Shown here: positions 23,730 to 38,112 of the stretch, piece by piece | Numbering within the stretch: the first letter of the stretch is position 1 | Layout: the number at the start of each line of letters is the position of its first letter | Assembly: GCA_030704615.1 (NCBI GenBank) | Contig: CM060732.1 | Coordinates: 9,176,001-9,240,000, forward strand | DNA length: 64,000 nt | DNA from: Takakia lepidozioides | Lineage: Eukaryota > Plantae > Bryophyta | Reading direction: 5' to 3' | Notes under the pieces: generated by a model | Seen by the model: only the letters and a program-made list of their open reading frames with translations | The model's database searches: none | Told to the model about the DNA's origin: nothing | Translations under genes and position numbers: made by a program

Positions 23730-24680
23730 AGCTGAGCAACGGAGATTGCAAGCATTGGTGGCTACTTCCGCACTTCCATTAGATATTGCACCCTCTCTGC
23801 CAACCGGGACGGTGGAGGCAGTGAGTGGGAGCGAGCACAGGATCATGGGGTGCAAACACCCATGGCAGATGTGGGATGAGATGTGCAAAGAGAGAGTCAT
23901 TGGATCTCTCAAGCAACAGTATGAGGAGTGGGGAGAGCCATACACTGAGGATCAATTGGAGGCCAAGGTGGCTAAGGTTTTTGAAGAGGTTGAAGATGTT
24001 TCTTCCCTAGAGGATGTTCTCAAGGTGGCTATGGCGGAGCAAGTGGAGACTACGCCACAGTCAGGGTGGGTTGACAAGGCCCAAGAGGTTGCTATCTAGC
24101 AACCAAAGGATGCGTCTCCTACCTCCAAGCCTGGTGTACCCAAGGTTGTAGTCACTGAGGACAACTGGGAACCAGATGTTGGACCTATAGTCACCGGAGG
24201 AGAGAGGCGGAGGATCCAGCGATTTCTAAGGGCTCATAGAAATTGCTTTGCCTTTGGTTTGAAGGATTTGGGGAGTTTGAAGGGCCAGGAGATTCGTATT
24301 GATTTGGCAAGTGACACGCCAATTTTTCGAAGGCCCTACAGGTATAGTGATATGGAGAGGTCTTTGATTCAGTCACGGCCTATGGAGTTGTTCGAAGCTG
24401 GATTGGTGGAGTTGTCAGGCGAGGAGTATGCCTCGGCAACGGTGATGCCAGCTAAGAAGGATATCCATGGCAATTGGACAGAAAAGAGGATGTGTGGGGA
24501 CTACCGTCCTGTGAACCGTCAGACTAAGTCCGATAAATATGCCATGCCAACTCGAGAGGAGATCTTTGATGCCATTGGGCATGCAAAGGTGTTTAGCACA
24601 TTGGACTTGCGATCCGGTTACCACCAGTTGCCAATCAAAGAGGCTGACAAGCAAAAGACGGCATTCTGGGGGATTGACCA
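23730..24680 (+). mobile_element. Ty3/Gypsy pol fragment (reverse transcriptase N-half)
   Basis: RPYRYS..YASATVMPAKKD..RMCGDYRPVN..DKYAMP..FSTLDLRSGYHQ..KTAFWG; truncated before YxDD. Confidence 0.9.
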
Positions 24681-25394
24681 ACATCTCCTGCCATGCTTGG
24701 TGCACACACTCGCTTGCTACTTGATGCAAATTCCCAACTGTACCCCACAGTGGAATATGAACAGGCACATGAGGAAGCAAATCAGCCTTGTATGCCAATT
24801 GTCTGTCCTCATCAGGTGGTGGCCTATCATCTGCATGACTATTGCCCTCCAAGAGGTCACCACCCCAAGCCAGCATCCTTGAGAATGCAGCCAATGTGGG
24901 CATCATGTTCCTATGATCCACTGCTACATTCCCAATAAATGGGTCAGCCCATGAGTAGATGAAGTCTGGGTCATCGCTAAGGTACTTTCCCGGTATGAGG
25001 AAATGATACATGTACCTGAATGACACACACACCCAAAATCCAGACAGTCAATCGATCTGATCAGGACATAGATCACACATCACGAAAAGGGTATTGGCAT
25101 GCAGGTCAGTAACACTGATAAACTAACGTTTGAAAGCCCGAATCAACCTTGCGTTGACGCAATGTTGATTTGAGCTGAAATGGAAAACACCAAATTTGGA
25201 GAACTGCACTTTCAACAAGCACCTACGAGAGGGAAGCCACATTCCAGCTTCGAATGACCTATTTCCGTGCCTCCTGACCCTATTTCCGTGGACACACAAT
25301 TGTCCGCTCATGTTTTTTTTTTTCCCGCTCATGTTCATGGCGCTCATGAAATAGCAGCCCCCCAACAGAGGTTCACTCAATCAGCTAACTTGCA

Positions 25395-26990
25395 AAATTC
25401 AACATGAAAATTTAGGGCCGATTCTGATAAGAGGGAAAAACAGGGTGAAATTTGTTGAGAAGGTGCCTTCATTAGCAGTGCCTGATTTTATCAATTGTGC
25501 TGCTGCTGCTGCGGCTTCCTGTTGACCATCTACCCATGCAAGTTTCTTGTAGCTATCCTTCCACAGGGAATCATAGGTAATCTGGAGCTTGAATCCCGCC
25601 TCTTGGATGAATCTGGACCCACACTCTATCCTTACTCCTTCAGCTATCCATGCCTCTGCACAAATCATGCATACATCATTGCCTTGCTGTTAGCAGCTGA
25701 TTAATGACAGCCTAGAATTGTTCCAGCAAACACCCCAACCCTACTTATCACAGTAGTTCCTATGCTGACTTGCATCTGCTTCCAACAGGCATTCACCTTT
25801 TTACCTGGATTGTTCCACCATGACTGGGGTCGGAAACGTATTCATTCCAGAGCTTCTCCTCGTCTCCGCTATCTGTTTTTCAATACTTTCCTGTTGCCAC
25901 GCTGGCAGTAACATGTCAAAATCACATTAAAACCACCATAGATCCACCAACAAACTAACTTGCAGAATTCAATTTAGGGCCGATTCTAATAAGAGGGAAA
26001 AACAGGGTGAAATGTGTTGAAGAAGGTGCCTTCATTAGCTCAGTGCCTTGTTCTATCAATTGCACTGTTGCCGTTGCTGTTTCCAGTTGACCATCTACCC
26101 ATTCTTGTATAAGCTATTGATCCACAGGGAATCAGAAGTAATCATGTGTTTGAAATCCAGCCATCTTGGATGAATCTAGACCTTTATCTCTGGTCCTTCA
26201 GCTATCCTTGTCTGTGTATAAATCATGAATACAGCCTCAGCCTTGCTGCTAGCAGCTGACACTGACGGCATGAAGTCTTCCAGCAAACACCCCAACCCTA
26301 CTTATGATAGTAGTTCGAATTCTGAATTGCATCTGCTAATTCTCTATGTAGTCCAACAGACATTCACCTTTTTGTCTCCATTGTCCCACCATTGACTGGG
26401 GTCGGAAAAGTGTTCATTCCAAAGCTTCTCCTCATCTCTGTTATCTATTTTTGGATACTTTCCTGCCACCACATCGGCAATAACTTGTCAAAGTCACTCC
26501 AAACCACCACAACACTTACAGAATTCAATATGCATCTCAAGGCTGATTTTGATGAGAGGGCAAAACAGGCTGAAATAGGTCAAAGAAGAAGATGTCCTCA
26601 CCAAATTGTCTTTGACCTTGTATCATGACCCATGGAGGATTTGACCGACCATCAACCCAAAATGACCTCTTGTGTGTGTCAAACTGACTCTCCCAAGAAC
26701 CTTGTAAACATCAGGAAGAATACCAAATCATGGTACTAACAGGAGCCAAGAGCCCACATTTGCAGGATGGACAAACTTCTTCACATCGTACATTAAGAGA
26801 AAACCACACCTTGCGATTGCGGTTGTCCCACCATCGTGCAAATTCCAGCTGTGAGAGCTCCTGCAGTGTACTCATAATCTGCAAATGTCTCCATCTGCGA
26901 TCGGTGTGTGAAACCCTTCCGCACTCAAGGATGCGGGGACATCGTCATCCCTTCCCCCACGCTGCAAAACACCGCTCCCAGTTATTTTTC
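25395..26990 (-). pseudogene. OSB-like (organellar ssDNA-binding) PDF-motif repeat gene relic, three motifs
   Basis: RWWDNRNRK|gt; FWVDGRSNPPWV; EEKLWNEHFSDPSQWWDNGDKK|gt..HPRWLDFKHMITSDSLWINS..WVDGQL; a third copy begins EEKLWNEYVSDP. These match the PDF consensus LW..F..P..WWDNR..K.NP..PDFKH..LW. Many stops and frameshifts. Confidence 0.65.
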
Positions 26991-27334
26991 GGGCATTTCG
27001 GGCAGGTTCCAAAAATTTGACGACGATGACGTGGCTACGAAACGTGACGACGATGACATGGCGATGATGACATGGTGACGATGACATGACACTATGACAC
27101 CCTATTCCTGCTCTACGCTAAAATAGTTTACGACCTTCAGTCGTCGCTAGAATTAATAGTGAAACCGAGGTAAGAGGGGGTGGGGAGGATTTGACAAGGG
27201 CTCCGCCGAATGAGCCCAGGCTGCCGAAATCCAGCGAAACTACCGCCAGCTCGCACATGTCCATTAATTTCTTACATTATTCCTATTGTCTTCCGTCTTT
27301 TGCTCTGAGAATCGTGAACTTTTTTGGGGGGCAC

Positions 27335-29376
27335 ACCATAGTGGGATAGCCGGTTAGGCAGAAATTAATTCGGAAAAAAAGTGCCTAATCCAAATAGATT
27401 ATTTTTGGCAAGAGTGCCTAATTTTAAAAAAATTCTCTAAAAGTGCCTAATGGTATAAATATGAAATAGAAAAAAAATCTAAAAATCATATCCAGTTTTG
27501 ATGCTTATACTAACTCTAGATAACCTCCATAGATCCTTGCGTTGACTCAACTATCTCATCGTAGGTTGCCTCGTATCCAAGCTCTCCTTCGGACTCTGAA
27601 CTATCATTGAGATTAGGAAGGTCTTCATCTACAATATGAAGATTTGCCAAACATCTACTCATGCTATCAACTACACTGAGATCAAGATAAATGTCCGGGA
27701 CATCTTCCATAACAAGATCCATTTTCCAAGATATTATCGGAGGAGACAAACAAGTCGCTTGCAAAATTAGCTCTCATAGCCTCTCCCTGAAACATGTGTT
27801 TGAATGCACGTAGAATGCCACATTGTTCCCAGCCGCACAATCATCTCTGTATGACGTCCAACATGACACAAGCCTCCCACAACCAAAGAGTTGCCCACTC
27901 ACGCATCTTGGATACCTGTGTGATCACCTTCACCTCCGCGGCTGGAACACCCGTCTGTAATTGTCCTTGAATTTCCAGAGCAGACCACTTCTTGAATTGC
28001 TCTGCAAATGAACATTTCAAAGGTTGTTGTAATATCTCATCAACAGGTTGTAGCTTGGATGTGCAATTGGCAGGAATGAATTACACACATATATTTGGGT
28101 GGTTTTCTCGCATGTATATAGTAAACTCTGTCGACCTATGCACGCTCCAACAATCGATCAACCATATCATTTTCTGAGAAGAAAGCAATTCCAGGAGTGT
28201 CATTTCATTGACCAAGTAAGGTATAAGAATTGTCTTCAAAAAATCTCAATGCGCCGAGCATCGCTGCCATGAGGCAAAGACATTTTTGTCTTGCCCGTAA
28301 AGACCACCTGAAAAGGCAATAAATTGCCCGCAGCTCATGAAGATACACAAACCGTAACAGCTCTCTTATCCTTTACCCCAATGTTGCCACATCCTTACTA
28401 TTCCGTCTTTCCCATGTTCGTTCTCTAGCCATCGGGACTAAATAGCAGTTTGATCCATGTTGACAACAAGGCTCGCTGGAATAAAATTTTACAACAAGAT
28501 ACGCTATACGGTATGCCATTGTGGTACCCTGAGGTAGAGTTGAAATGTACCTTACGAGGCCGTCCTACCTTCCGCTTCTGCTTATGATATTCACTGCTCT
28601 AAGACGTCTGTACCTCTTCTACCTTTTCAAGAGCCTCCAAGTGCTCCTCTTGGGTTACTCTAAAAAACCTGGATAAAAGCATTGATTGCTTCATTCATGT
28701 ATCAATGGCACCAGGTGTTACCTACCAGATGTAAAAATACCTACACTCCATGTTGACCTTGTTTTCTTCTTGTAATATATGGCCCAAAAACTGGCGGGGA
28801 TCCTAAACCCTGTATCATCCTGTACCCTGTATCATTAAAAAAATAAACAAATCAATTTTACCCTAAAGAGGCCTAAACTTTACCTGATGAGTGCAGACTT
28901 GCAGAGGCAGCCTGCAGGTACAAGGCAACATGGCAGAGTACAACAGGGCAGAGGGCGAAGGAGCCCTGTCGACTTAGGGAAGAAGAAGGCCTGAGCCCAT
29001 TGTCACATTGTCACCTTTTTTAATTTCATCCTCCTCCATAGTCACCCTTTCGTCCCCCTTGCAGCCACCTTATTCATTTTTATTCAGTTTATCATCCAAA
29101 CCACTTCACTATTGAGAAATAACCAAAAAAAAAAGGAACGTAATGAACAATTGTTTTTGACCTCCCTCAAAAACTATTGTTGAGGTAATTATCTTTATAA
29201 AAAGAAACGACGTGTTGGACGTGTTATTTTTAGGTTTTCTTTTTAGTTGCCTAATTTGAAAAATTACACATCCAAGATGCCTAATTTAAATAATTTTCTC
29301 AAAAGTGCCTAACTGCCAAGCTCCCCAAAAATAATTATTAGGCAGGCGAGTGCCTAACCGGCTATCCCACTATGGT
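27335..29376 (-). mobile_element. Tc1/mariner-pogo-like DNA transposon with degenerate DDE_1 transposase
   Basis: Perfect 26-bp TIR ACCATAGTGGGATAGCCGGTTAGGCA (27335-27360 and 29351-29376). Internal - strand relics read LPFQVVFTGKT, LIDCWSVHRS and IPANCTSKLQPVD. Confidence 0.85.
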
Positions 29377-29417
29377 ATACAAGCCTTTTTTCGTGGACGT
29401 CCTTCGGCAGAATGGAC

Positions 29418-30120
29418 CAGTGTTGCACTGGTATGTGCCAGTAGGCCTGGGTATGTGCACTGGTATGAGTAAGGGTATTGTAGAACATACCAGTTGGGTA
29501 TGTCTTGGGGCATATACCCCGGCTATACCATGGACCCGGGTTTTGAACACTAGACCTAACCCCCACCTATCGTACCAGTCTAAGTATGAACTACTTTCAT
29601 ACTCCGCTTGAGACCCGTATTGAGGATTGATGAACCTGGTATGTATAATGATACAATAGGGGGTAGAAGGTATGGCGTACAATGATCAGCATACAAGGTA
29701 CAATATGCAGGATTTCTTCAGTTTGTCATGGTATCGAGCTTTTCTCCTATTTTTGTTGCAATCCAGCCTTACAATACAAGGACCTTCACTAATTTATGAG
29801 CAATACAAATTAGTTTGCATGGGCATGTGTGACTGCAAGTTTTTTTTACCTTTTGTATGTCGCCCTCAATCTGGTTTTAATTTCAGCTTTGAATACAGCA
29901 TGATGACTGTTAGGGTATACCATACCATTGCACATGCTCCCCATATGTCATTTGAGTTTTTGCCATACCCATGCCTCTGACCATGGTATACCCTCACATA
30001 CCATGGTCCCAGGCAAATACCCATACCCATCCTATAACCTACCCCCGGCCCTACCAGTTGGACCCAAGAGCCAAGTTGGACCTACCGGTATGTCAAAATG
30101 GACATACCAGTACAACACTG
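29418..30120. mobile_element. Non-autonomous hAT element (MITE)
   Basis: TIR CAGTGTTG(C/T)ACTGGTATGT; 8-bp TSD GAATGGAC on both sides. Confidence 0.9.
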
Positions 30121-33100
30121 GAATGGACTACCTACTGACATATTACTCAGTGTAATCGGCGGGGCAGATGACATTCTGCCCGGTTCTCCTGCCGGTCTCG
30201 AAAAAGTATCTCGCCTTGCCGTGGTCGCGGCAGGCAGCGTAATGGACTGCGCTAAGAAGGTCCACTTGTCCTCCTTGTAACTTTTGTATAGGGCCTAGGC
30301 ACGAGGAGTGGGGGCGTTCTCGGAATGAGCGCCCTGCACGAGGTGGGGGACTCATTACTTGAGGTTGGGCATCCCACTGTACCGGGCCATCTTGCATTGA
30401 TGAGCATTTCTGAAAGATACAAGAGCCAGATGGCGATGGCTGGGCTCTTTGGCGGTGTCGAGTGCTCGTGTGGGATGGAGTCATTGTGTCTCTCGAGATA
30501 ATTTTGACAGGCCGACTGACACAAGCTGTGAGTGACGAGAAACCGGTGAGAACTCGCATGTCCTTTTACTGAACTCGCGTTTCCACGACCTTTAGGCTTA
30601 GGATTTAGGCAATCTTTAGCGGTTACTGTAGCAGACGACTCCAGCATCAGCAATCAATGATTTGCCCGAGAAAAGCATGCTCGTTGGAAGAATGCGCGTC
30701 CATTGTCTATTTCTTGTAGATATTTCTCTCTCAAAGTTTCTCGAGTTCACCAGGCCAACGTCCGGGGAGAACCGGCAGCCAGTTACATGCTAGCCGACTG
30801 AATTCCAGAATTTCCGAATGAAATATGAAACCTCAGGAAATGGATCTGAGGGAAAAATGGCCGAAGTGGAAATCAACCGGTGCCCTACTTTTAGGAAGGA
30901 TATTTGCCTTTCCATTTCATTACAGACAGGAAATCTGCCTTAGTTGGCAAGGCCTGGACGGATTCCGGCCCTTCTTATATTATAAAAAATGGAAATGGCC
31001 GTCGAAGTCCACCACATGGCAGAAATCCAACGTGCCAGGCCGGGTTACATCCAAGGAAGGGCGTTTAGGTGAAAAAATATTGAACTCAAAGAGGGCGGGC
31101 CCGCGGGCAAACCCTACTAAGTTTGGACGTTGCTCTCGCAGCCCCAGCCCCACGCCTGCTTGCACTCGCTGCCTGCTATCACAGCTCACCTGTCCACGCG
31201 GGTTCAATACTTGGCCTCCATGTGGTTTGAAGGCATTGACAGGTCCAACTTCTATAAGGATACAATGTTCTTCACTTGTTTGAATTGCTTAAAACTGGTT
31301 GTGATTATTTATTATTATTATTATTTACTTATTGTTGTGCATTTGACACTTGTGTTGTCAACCGATTGATATTTATAAGGGCCGGATTTATAGCTGAACA
31401 CAAATAAAATCATTAGGAATATTACCGGTTGTAAAGAAATTATCTCATAAATTGACAGGGTATAGTTACCACTAAGGGGCAGCAACCGACTGCCCAACCC
31501 ACTTAGCCGATTGCTGCTGGGAATCAGGGGCTACTGGCTGGTTCAACTGAAATTATTTCCCGGACGCTGCACCAGGCATTATCGCGGATCCGTGTATCGA
31601 GGATGTTGTGGAACTTTCACGTGGTCGAGTACTCTTGAATTCCACACCTGTCTACCTAATAGAATACTTGCACGAATGTCGAGGACACCATGTGCATAGA
31701 TGTTTTCAGTTGCCGTGGCAATTGTTGTAATAATTCAGTACTTCAGAGCAGTATACCTACAAATTAGTGGGATCCATACCATCACGATGTTGTTATTGTC
31801 AGATAACGCAACCTGAACTTGGGCCCATGGACCTGCTAGGAGCCCTAGACGGTATGTGGCGAAGCCTAAATACGTGCGTCTTATCAACTGTGCGATTGGG
31901 AAGACCTGCACTGACGTCCTCCGTTCTCTTTGATATCCCAGTTGACAAAATAGACGTCAATGTTGAACTCCAGGATCGCTACTTAGGTGAGTGAAGACCC
32001 ACCCAGGCTTGCATTCTGCTTGGTGCAAAAGTTGCACAATAAATTCCATAGATTCGAAGACTGTCATGGTTTTGAACATGTGGAAGAAGAACACACTTAG
32101 TAATTAGTTGCCATTTGCAAAGATATTGGAATGTTCCAGAACGGTGAGCATGAAGCGCTAATATGCAGAAATCAGAACTGAAGTGGAATCGTAGACTAAT
32201 TTCTCCACTGCAACTTGTTCCAAGAGAAAATGTAGAGTCACGTTCAGATAGATGCGCACTTTGAAAGTGAGTTCGCCTTTGCATGCCTCATGAAATTAGG
32301 TGAATGCAGAAGATGCACATGGAGGAGCTTAGTACTTACATTTGGACGAAACATGGAAGAGTGGAAGAAAGACGAAGATCTGAAGGTTATGGATATTGAG
32401 GGAGATCCCTGAGTGCACAGACACATGTACATAGCTGTCTCAGCACTAACTAGTTCAAAGGTATGTTGTACAGGCACGTCAATTGAAGGCCACCTCCGAG
32501 GGTACTAAGTATCATGCTAATCCTCTTCTCCGACACTTAAGCCGATTGAAAATCGCCTCCCCCCGGGATAATGTGGCTCATGTCGGATACTAGTAAGCTT
32601 GTGTCCTCTTGATGCCATGTATCATGAATATGTAGATATGATTATTCTCGATGGAACCGCATGGGTATTCTTTTCGAGCCGGGTGATCTCAAGAGAAGTA
32701 GTCTGCTGTTTGTTTTGTTTGAAGAAACCTGAGGCCAACAATAGTCAGGCGTGCTCGTAACTGAGGTCGTCCAGGGGTTTGTTGTGAATATAAGCGCTAA
32801 GAGAGATGACATGTAGGAGATGAACAAACTAAGAATCATCCATCGTTCTGGTAATAGATGAATAAGAGGATGTGTTTTATGGATGACAAAATGTTGTCGA
32901 TGTGAGGAAGGCCAATCTTTGAGAGAAGCGTTGAGGGGTAAGAAGGTGGAGACACTTTTGTAGAATGACCGAAACCCTAAGCAAAATTGAGCGAAGTGCA
33001 CATCCTGGAAGGAGACCTCGTGCCAGCGTGCTGGCCATGTGGAACTGCGAATGTCGGTTGCATTCGATCAGTCCTGCCAGCTTTGTCGCCATGTGGAAGG

Positions 33101-36100
33101 TTGAGGACGGTGGGAACGTCAGTTCGACCACGTATTTGCATATCGATCTATTGTATAAGGCTCCGTTTGTGCCTCAATTCAGGTGGCTTTGCCAAAGCGT
33201 TCGTCGAGTATGCAGGGAGAAGTTTGTCCTTGCGAGTGCACCAGGTACGGCGAACTAGAAAGATTCACTTTTGCTGAACCTAATGTTCCAGCAGATTTGC
33301 AAGAAAAGCGAGCTGTGACCGTACTAGTCGTCATCTTCCGAACTTTGTCCGCACTACGGTCACGATGCACGGTTGACGTCATTAATGTAATTCGGCACCA
33401 TCGTGAATGACATGTTGCAGATGGTATTACTATTCTGACACGACGTTGATGTACTCTGGAACTGGGGGAGATGTCCAGATAACAGTTCTAACTGGAGTTT
33501 CTTATTCTTCTGTCAATCGAGGAAATTTTGATAGACTGATGGTTGCAAATGTGCAGTTGATAAGTTACTCGTTTTGCGCAGTTTCAGTGTGCAGGAAGTT
33601 GACACGAGACTTCAGAAGGACAGTCACCCAGTCAGTCGCGAGATTCTACTGCTGACAGGTACGTTATGAAGCAGGAGTTTGCTAGAGAGCTCGTACAAGT
33701 CTGTGCGATGAGTAAATCCTGGTTTGTCTGGCTATGTTCCACCTCAAACATGTGCTTCGTTTTGCAAGATGTCCTCACTGACTTAACGGTTAGAAATTAG
33801 GTTAGGAAGAGTGTAAGGGCCTATTTTTCCGTATCTCGTATGACAGCTGAGTTCATGGAGAGAACTAAGCAGTGAGTGGACGCTGTAGTGATGCGCATGA
33901 CCACTGACCTACTTACTGGCTTGTCACTCAGTTGACTTACCTGGAGGTGCCTGGAGGAGTTAAACCACATGTTGAAGTCTTACTAATTTCGTAATAATGC
34001 TGTCTCAAGAAAAATGAACTTAGTGGTGTCTTCACATCTGCTGATGAGGGATAGCACAAAAGAAGGTACGAGTGAGTTTCCGTACACAGGGTTGGTCTTG
34101 TTGCTACCATTGTTGATTTAGGTGCGCTGAGAATAATTGATGATAGGTCAATATTCTCCAAGTTTCACACTGTATGCAGGTTGATGTGTGGTTTATTTTA
34201 CTAATGTTACATGCCTCAATCCAGAGCTGTTTTTCTTGTCATGTATACAGTCCTTACTATTGGTGCATTTAAAGTGGTCTTGCCATCTTAGAAGGACTTG
34301 TACACGCAGTGAATGTCTTTCTTCATGAAAGCACAGTGTGCAATGTACTGAAAAATATCTGTTTTTGTTGTCTGCATTGCAGCTATCTTCAGTACTGTCT
34401 GTAGACTTCTGGTGTCCCACTGTATTGTATGTCTTTTAATACCTGATACAGTGCTAGGATATGTCAGTGAATCTCTTGTCCATCCAATTGTTGTTACTGA
34501 GGATGTTTGCTTGCTCGAGAACTGTGAAGGTTATACTGTGAAGCTTGCCAACCTCCAGAAAACATCAGCTTTAATTCTGCCTGTTTCCAGAGTCTCTTCC
34601 AGCTTCTGTCTGAAAGAACTGCGGTTATCTAGCTAGTCCTCTGACCAGCTAGTCCTCTTCTCTCTTCAGTATACAGCCTAATCCATTTCTTGATCTATAT
34701 GATAGTAATATGTTTTGTGGCATTGTGCTTGCCGTTTGTTGAACTCTGCAGAGAATCAAACTCTCTTTTATCCGTTAACAAGACACTGCACTGCCATTGT
34801 TTCTGGCTGGAAAGTTCTTTTTTCTCTCAGATGACCTCTCCCTGCGGATCTGCACACTAAAGCCTGACAGTCCTCTCTCAGAAAAGGATCTTCTTTCTGG
34901 AAGTAGGTTTGCAGAATAGAATCTCTCTCTTTAACTTCTGTAGGCTAACAATGGCTCCAGACACTGCAATGCCATTGTCTCTGGTTGGAAAATTCCTTTC
35001 TCTCTCTCATGCACTGAGTGGACCTCTGCCTGCTGTTCTGCATACTAGACCCTGAGAGTCATTTCTCTCTCAGAAAATTACCTGCTTCAGGAAGTAAGCC
35101 TACACACACAGGTTGGTCTAGTTGCTATCGTTGTAAATACATGGTCTGCAATGTGGTGTTAGATATGTCATTTTGTCCACGACCTGGCAGCTATCTTCCA
35201 CAGCAGGCATACAAAGGTACATCTGGTGTCCCAAGTTGGTCTTCATACTCGATATAGTGCTATGCTATTTTCTTGAAGCTCAAGTCCTTCCAGTTGTTGT
35301 AACTGGTTCTGATTGAGGACTTCCCTTGATATTGGCGCAGTTGTCACTTACCTTAAGAGTTTTTTGCAATATCTTTCCAGGAGGGCTTTCGATCAACTTA
35401 GCTTTTCTGCATGGAGGCTATGCAACTGCGTTTTCCACTTGCAGGACCTTTTACTAGTAGTAAATTTCTAGATACTACTGGACTTTGCAGTAAGCTCTAA
35501 CTTGCGCATTGCATGTGTGTTGGAGTAAAGGTTCTTTCATTATTGACCTTAGTATGCTACTGTTGTCATGTACAACTGCAATGATTAACTCCAGATTAGT
35601 TTTTTCAATGCCACTGGCTCTTCCCACCCTCATCCATCTCTCTCTCATTATTTTTTTTGCTGCCAGTTAGCTACTGTGGAGTGTACAAGTCCTTCTAATT
35701 TACCAGTTCAATATAGCTACCATTTCTTTGATACGTGTTTCCCCTGCGCTAATGTGTCTGATCGGGTCAAGTCTTCAAATGACTACTTCACTTTAACCCT
35801 ACAATTTTTTCTGGCCTGCAGGCGATTACAGCATCTTTGCCCTAGAAGCCTTTGTTATATGATGCATATTCCTCAGTGGCTTAAACTTTCACTCTGCTTC
35901 TACCACACTGGAGCAGTTCGCCTTTAATGGAGTTACCCGCACAATCATGACCGTTGCTTCTCTCACCACTACTGCAACATGGGAAAATCAAACAAGAGCT
36001 TTACTGATTTTCTCCAAAAGTACCAAGGTTATTGCTTTAAAGCACAGGGTAATGCAGGGACCATCACATCAAATTTCTTCTCTAATGGTAAGATGTTACT

Positions 36101-37234
36101 GCCCCTTCAGCTGCCTGATCTGTTTCCAGTGAGTGTATGTGTGTCACTCGGTGTGGGTCATAATTAGCTGCTGCATATATTGTGGTCGTCAGTTAGTGGA
36201 CTATCATCCTTAATCACTGTTTGTTTCATGCTTGTCCTTTCAAACTTTGCCATGCGATTTCTCTGTCAATGAACTTGGATTCTATTTATGTATGGCCGAC
36301 CCTTGAGCTGGGTCATTCTTATATTAAGAGTGAGGTTGAATCACGCGTTTGTACTGCATTTGAAACGTCTATTACATCACAGAAATACGATAAGGGTAAA
36401 TTTCCAGAGGAGTTGTGCCCAATGGTTCACCAATCATGGATGGTGGTTCTAAAACTGTCAGACCTACAGTATATGCTATGGTGTAATGACTACTGGAAGG
36501 TGGCTGGCATGAAAATGCTGTTCTGTTTTAAGTATAGGTAGTAAGTTTTAACAGTATTATTCCCTAATAGTGCGCAGGGAAGGTCAAGATGCTCACAGTT
36601 CTGTATGATTGAAGCGGCCCTAGAAAGATACTTCATTGTGCCAGTCATCATATCAGGTTAGACGCTGCCAAACCCGCTCGGTAGTAAAATCAAGCTAGAA
36701 TCACTACTGGCTATTTTCACTGATCAAGCAGGATGTTGGCTGACCTACTAAGGAGTATTCGCTTTTGAGTACAGAATCCTCCGGCTATGAGCTTCCTTTT
36801 TATAAACTCGTAACGACCAAGGACAGGGGAGCTCTGGAACCTCCTCTGATTTAGGGTTTCTTGCCATATGATTTAGATCGGATATTATGTCTCTGTCCTG
36901 CTTTGCGGCTTCTTTCCCACAGGAAGATTTGGTCATGTCTGTTAGTGGGCCTGTGGTTCCCTGATAGTTTCAGGATATGATGTGTCTGTAAGCATGAAGA
37001 TTAACGGATAGTTACCTTACCCTCCTGATGAGTTGTTGTTTCCTCAGCTACAGTTCTTCCTGTTCTGTATAGTTCTAAGGCTACTCTCTTGCAGAATGTC
37101 GTGCAGACATTCCCCTTCCAGTCTGAGCTGTCCCAAAGTCAGCGTGGATAGGTCGGTTGACAGTCCATCCTGAGCCTCTCCATTGGACAAGGCCAGCTAC
37201 TACCACGTGGCAATGGACTTAATTATTAACATTA

Positions 37235-37555
37235 ATATATGAAGCAAGGCGGTTTGTTTGTTTTGTTTTGTTTCTTTGGTGACGTTGAGATCTCCCAAAC
37301 CGCTGAGCCTGGGTGCTTGGTACGGTTGGAAAGCCCTCGACTAGGAGGGGTGCAACGGCTTGGTCTCATGATTCTTGGACCTGCTGTGTGTGAGATGTGG
37401 AATTTCAAGTACTTTTGGTCTCTGGAAATTTGTGAAAAATAGCAAAATGTGCTGTCCCGATGACGTGGGGATCGCCCAAACTGCCGGATCTCTGGACATA
37501 GGGGATTGACTTAGATGACAATGGACACTTGGCCCAAAGGCACAGGTTACCCTAG
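37235..37555 (+). mobile_element. Non-autonomous Helitron-like repeat
   Basis: Starts ATATATGAAGCAAGGCGGTTTGTTTG; ends GGCCCAAAGGCACAGGTTACCCTAG|T. Homologous to the repeats at 41.8-43.1 kb. Confidence 0.6.
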
Positions 37556-38112
37556 TATCAATGAAGCTATTATTTACTCCCCGGACACTTACCTCGGACC
37601 GCACCCAATGATGGTTAGGTTGGTGAGTCCATACTACTCCCGCCAAGTCCTATTTACTTTAATGTGATAATATATTGACCCTTAACAAGTTTTTGTTTGT
37701 GAATTCTTGCCAGAGAACTTTCCTGGATCGAGTATTAGGGAAAAATCCAGGAAAGTCCTCTCCGAAGAGTTTTGAGCTGTCGGGAAGCTTGCTTGAAAAT
37801 CTTCCCTTACCTGCCCTGGTCGCAGTCTAGAGGTCGCAGTCCAGAGATGCCCGGGGCAGAGCGACGTAATTTGCTTTGCCTCGAAATTCTGGCCTTTTCG
37901 GGTGTCAGATTATATGCCATAATCTGCCGGGTCTGCTATCATGACAAGGTGCCCTCATCGATCTGACGCAAGCAGCTTCTACCAGCGCAAGTTGTCCTCG
38001 CGCTCATTCTCCCGCCATGTCTAAGTATAGAGATTAAATGAAAATTCCTATAGGCTGTTCACGTGCTACGAGATGTTGAACCCTGGATCATTATGCATTC
38101 CTTGCCAACACA

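Noticed and set aside
35305-35345. miR171-like words (TGATTGAG, GATATTGGCGC)
   Set aside because: Only short partial matches with no precursor stem; compatible with chance.
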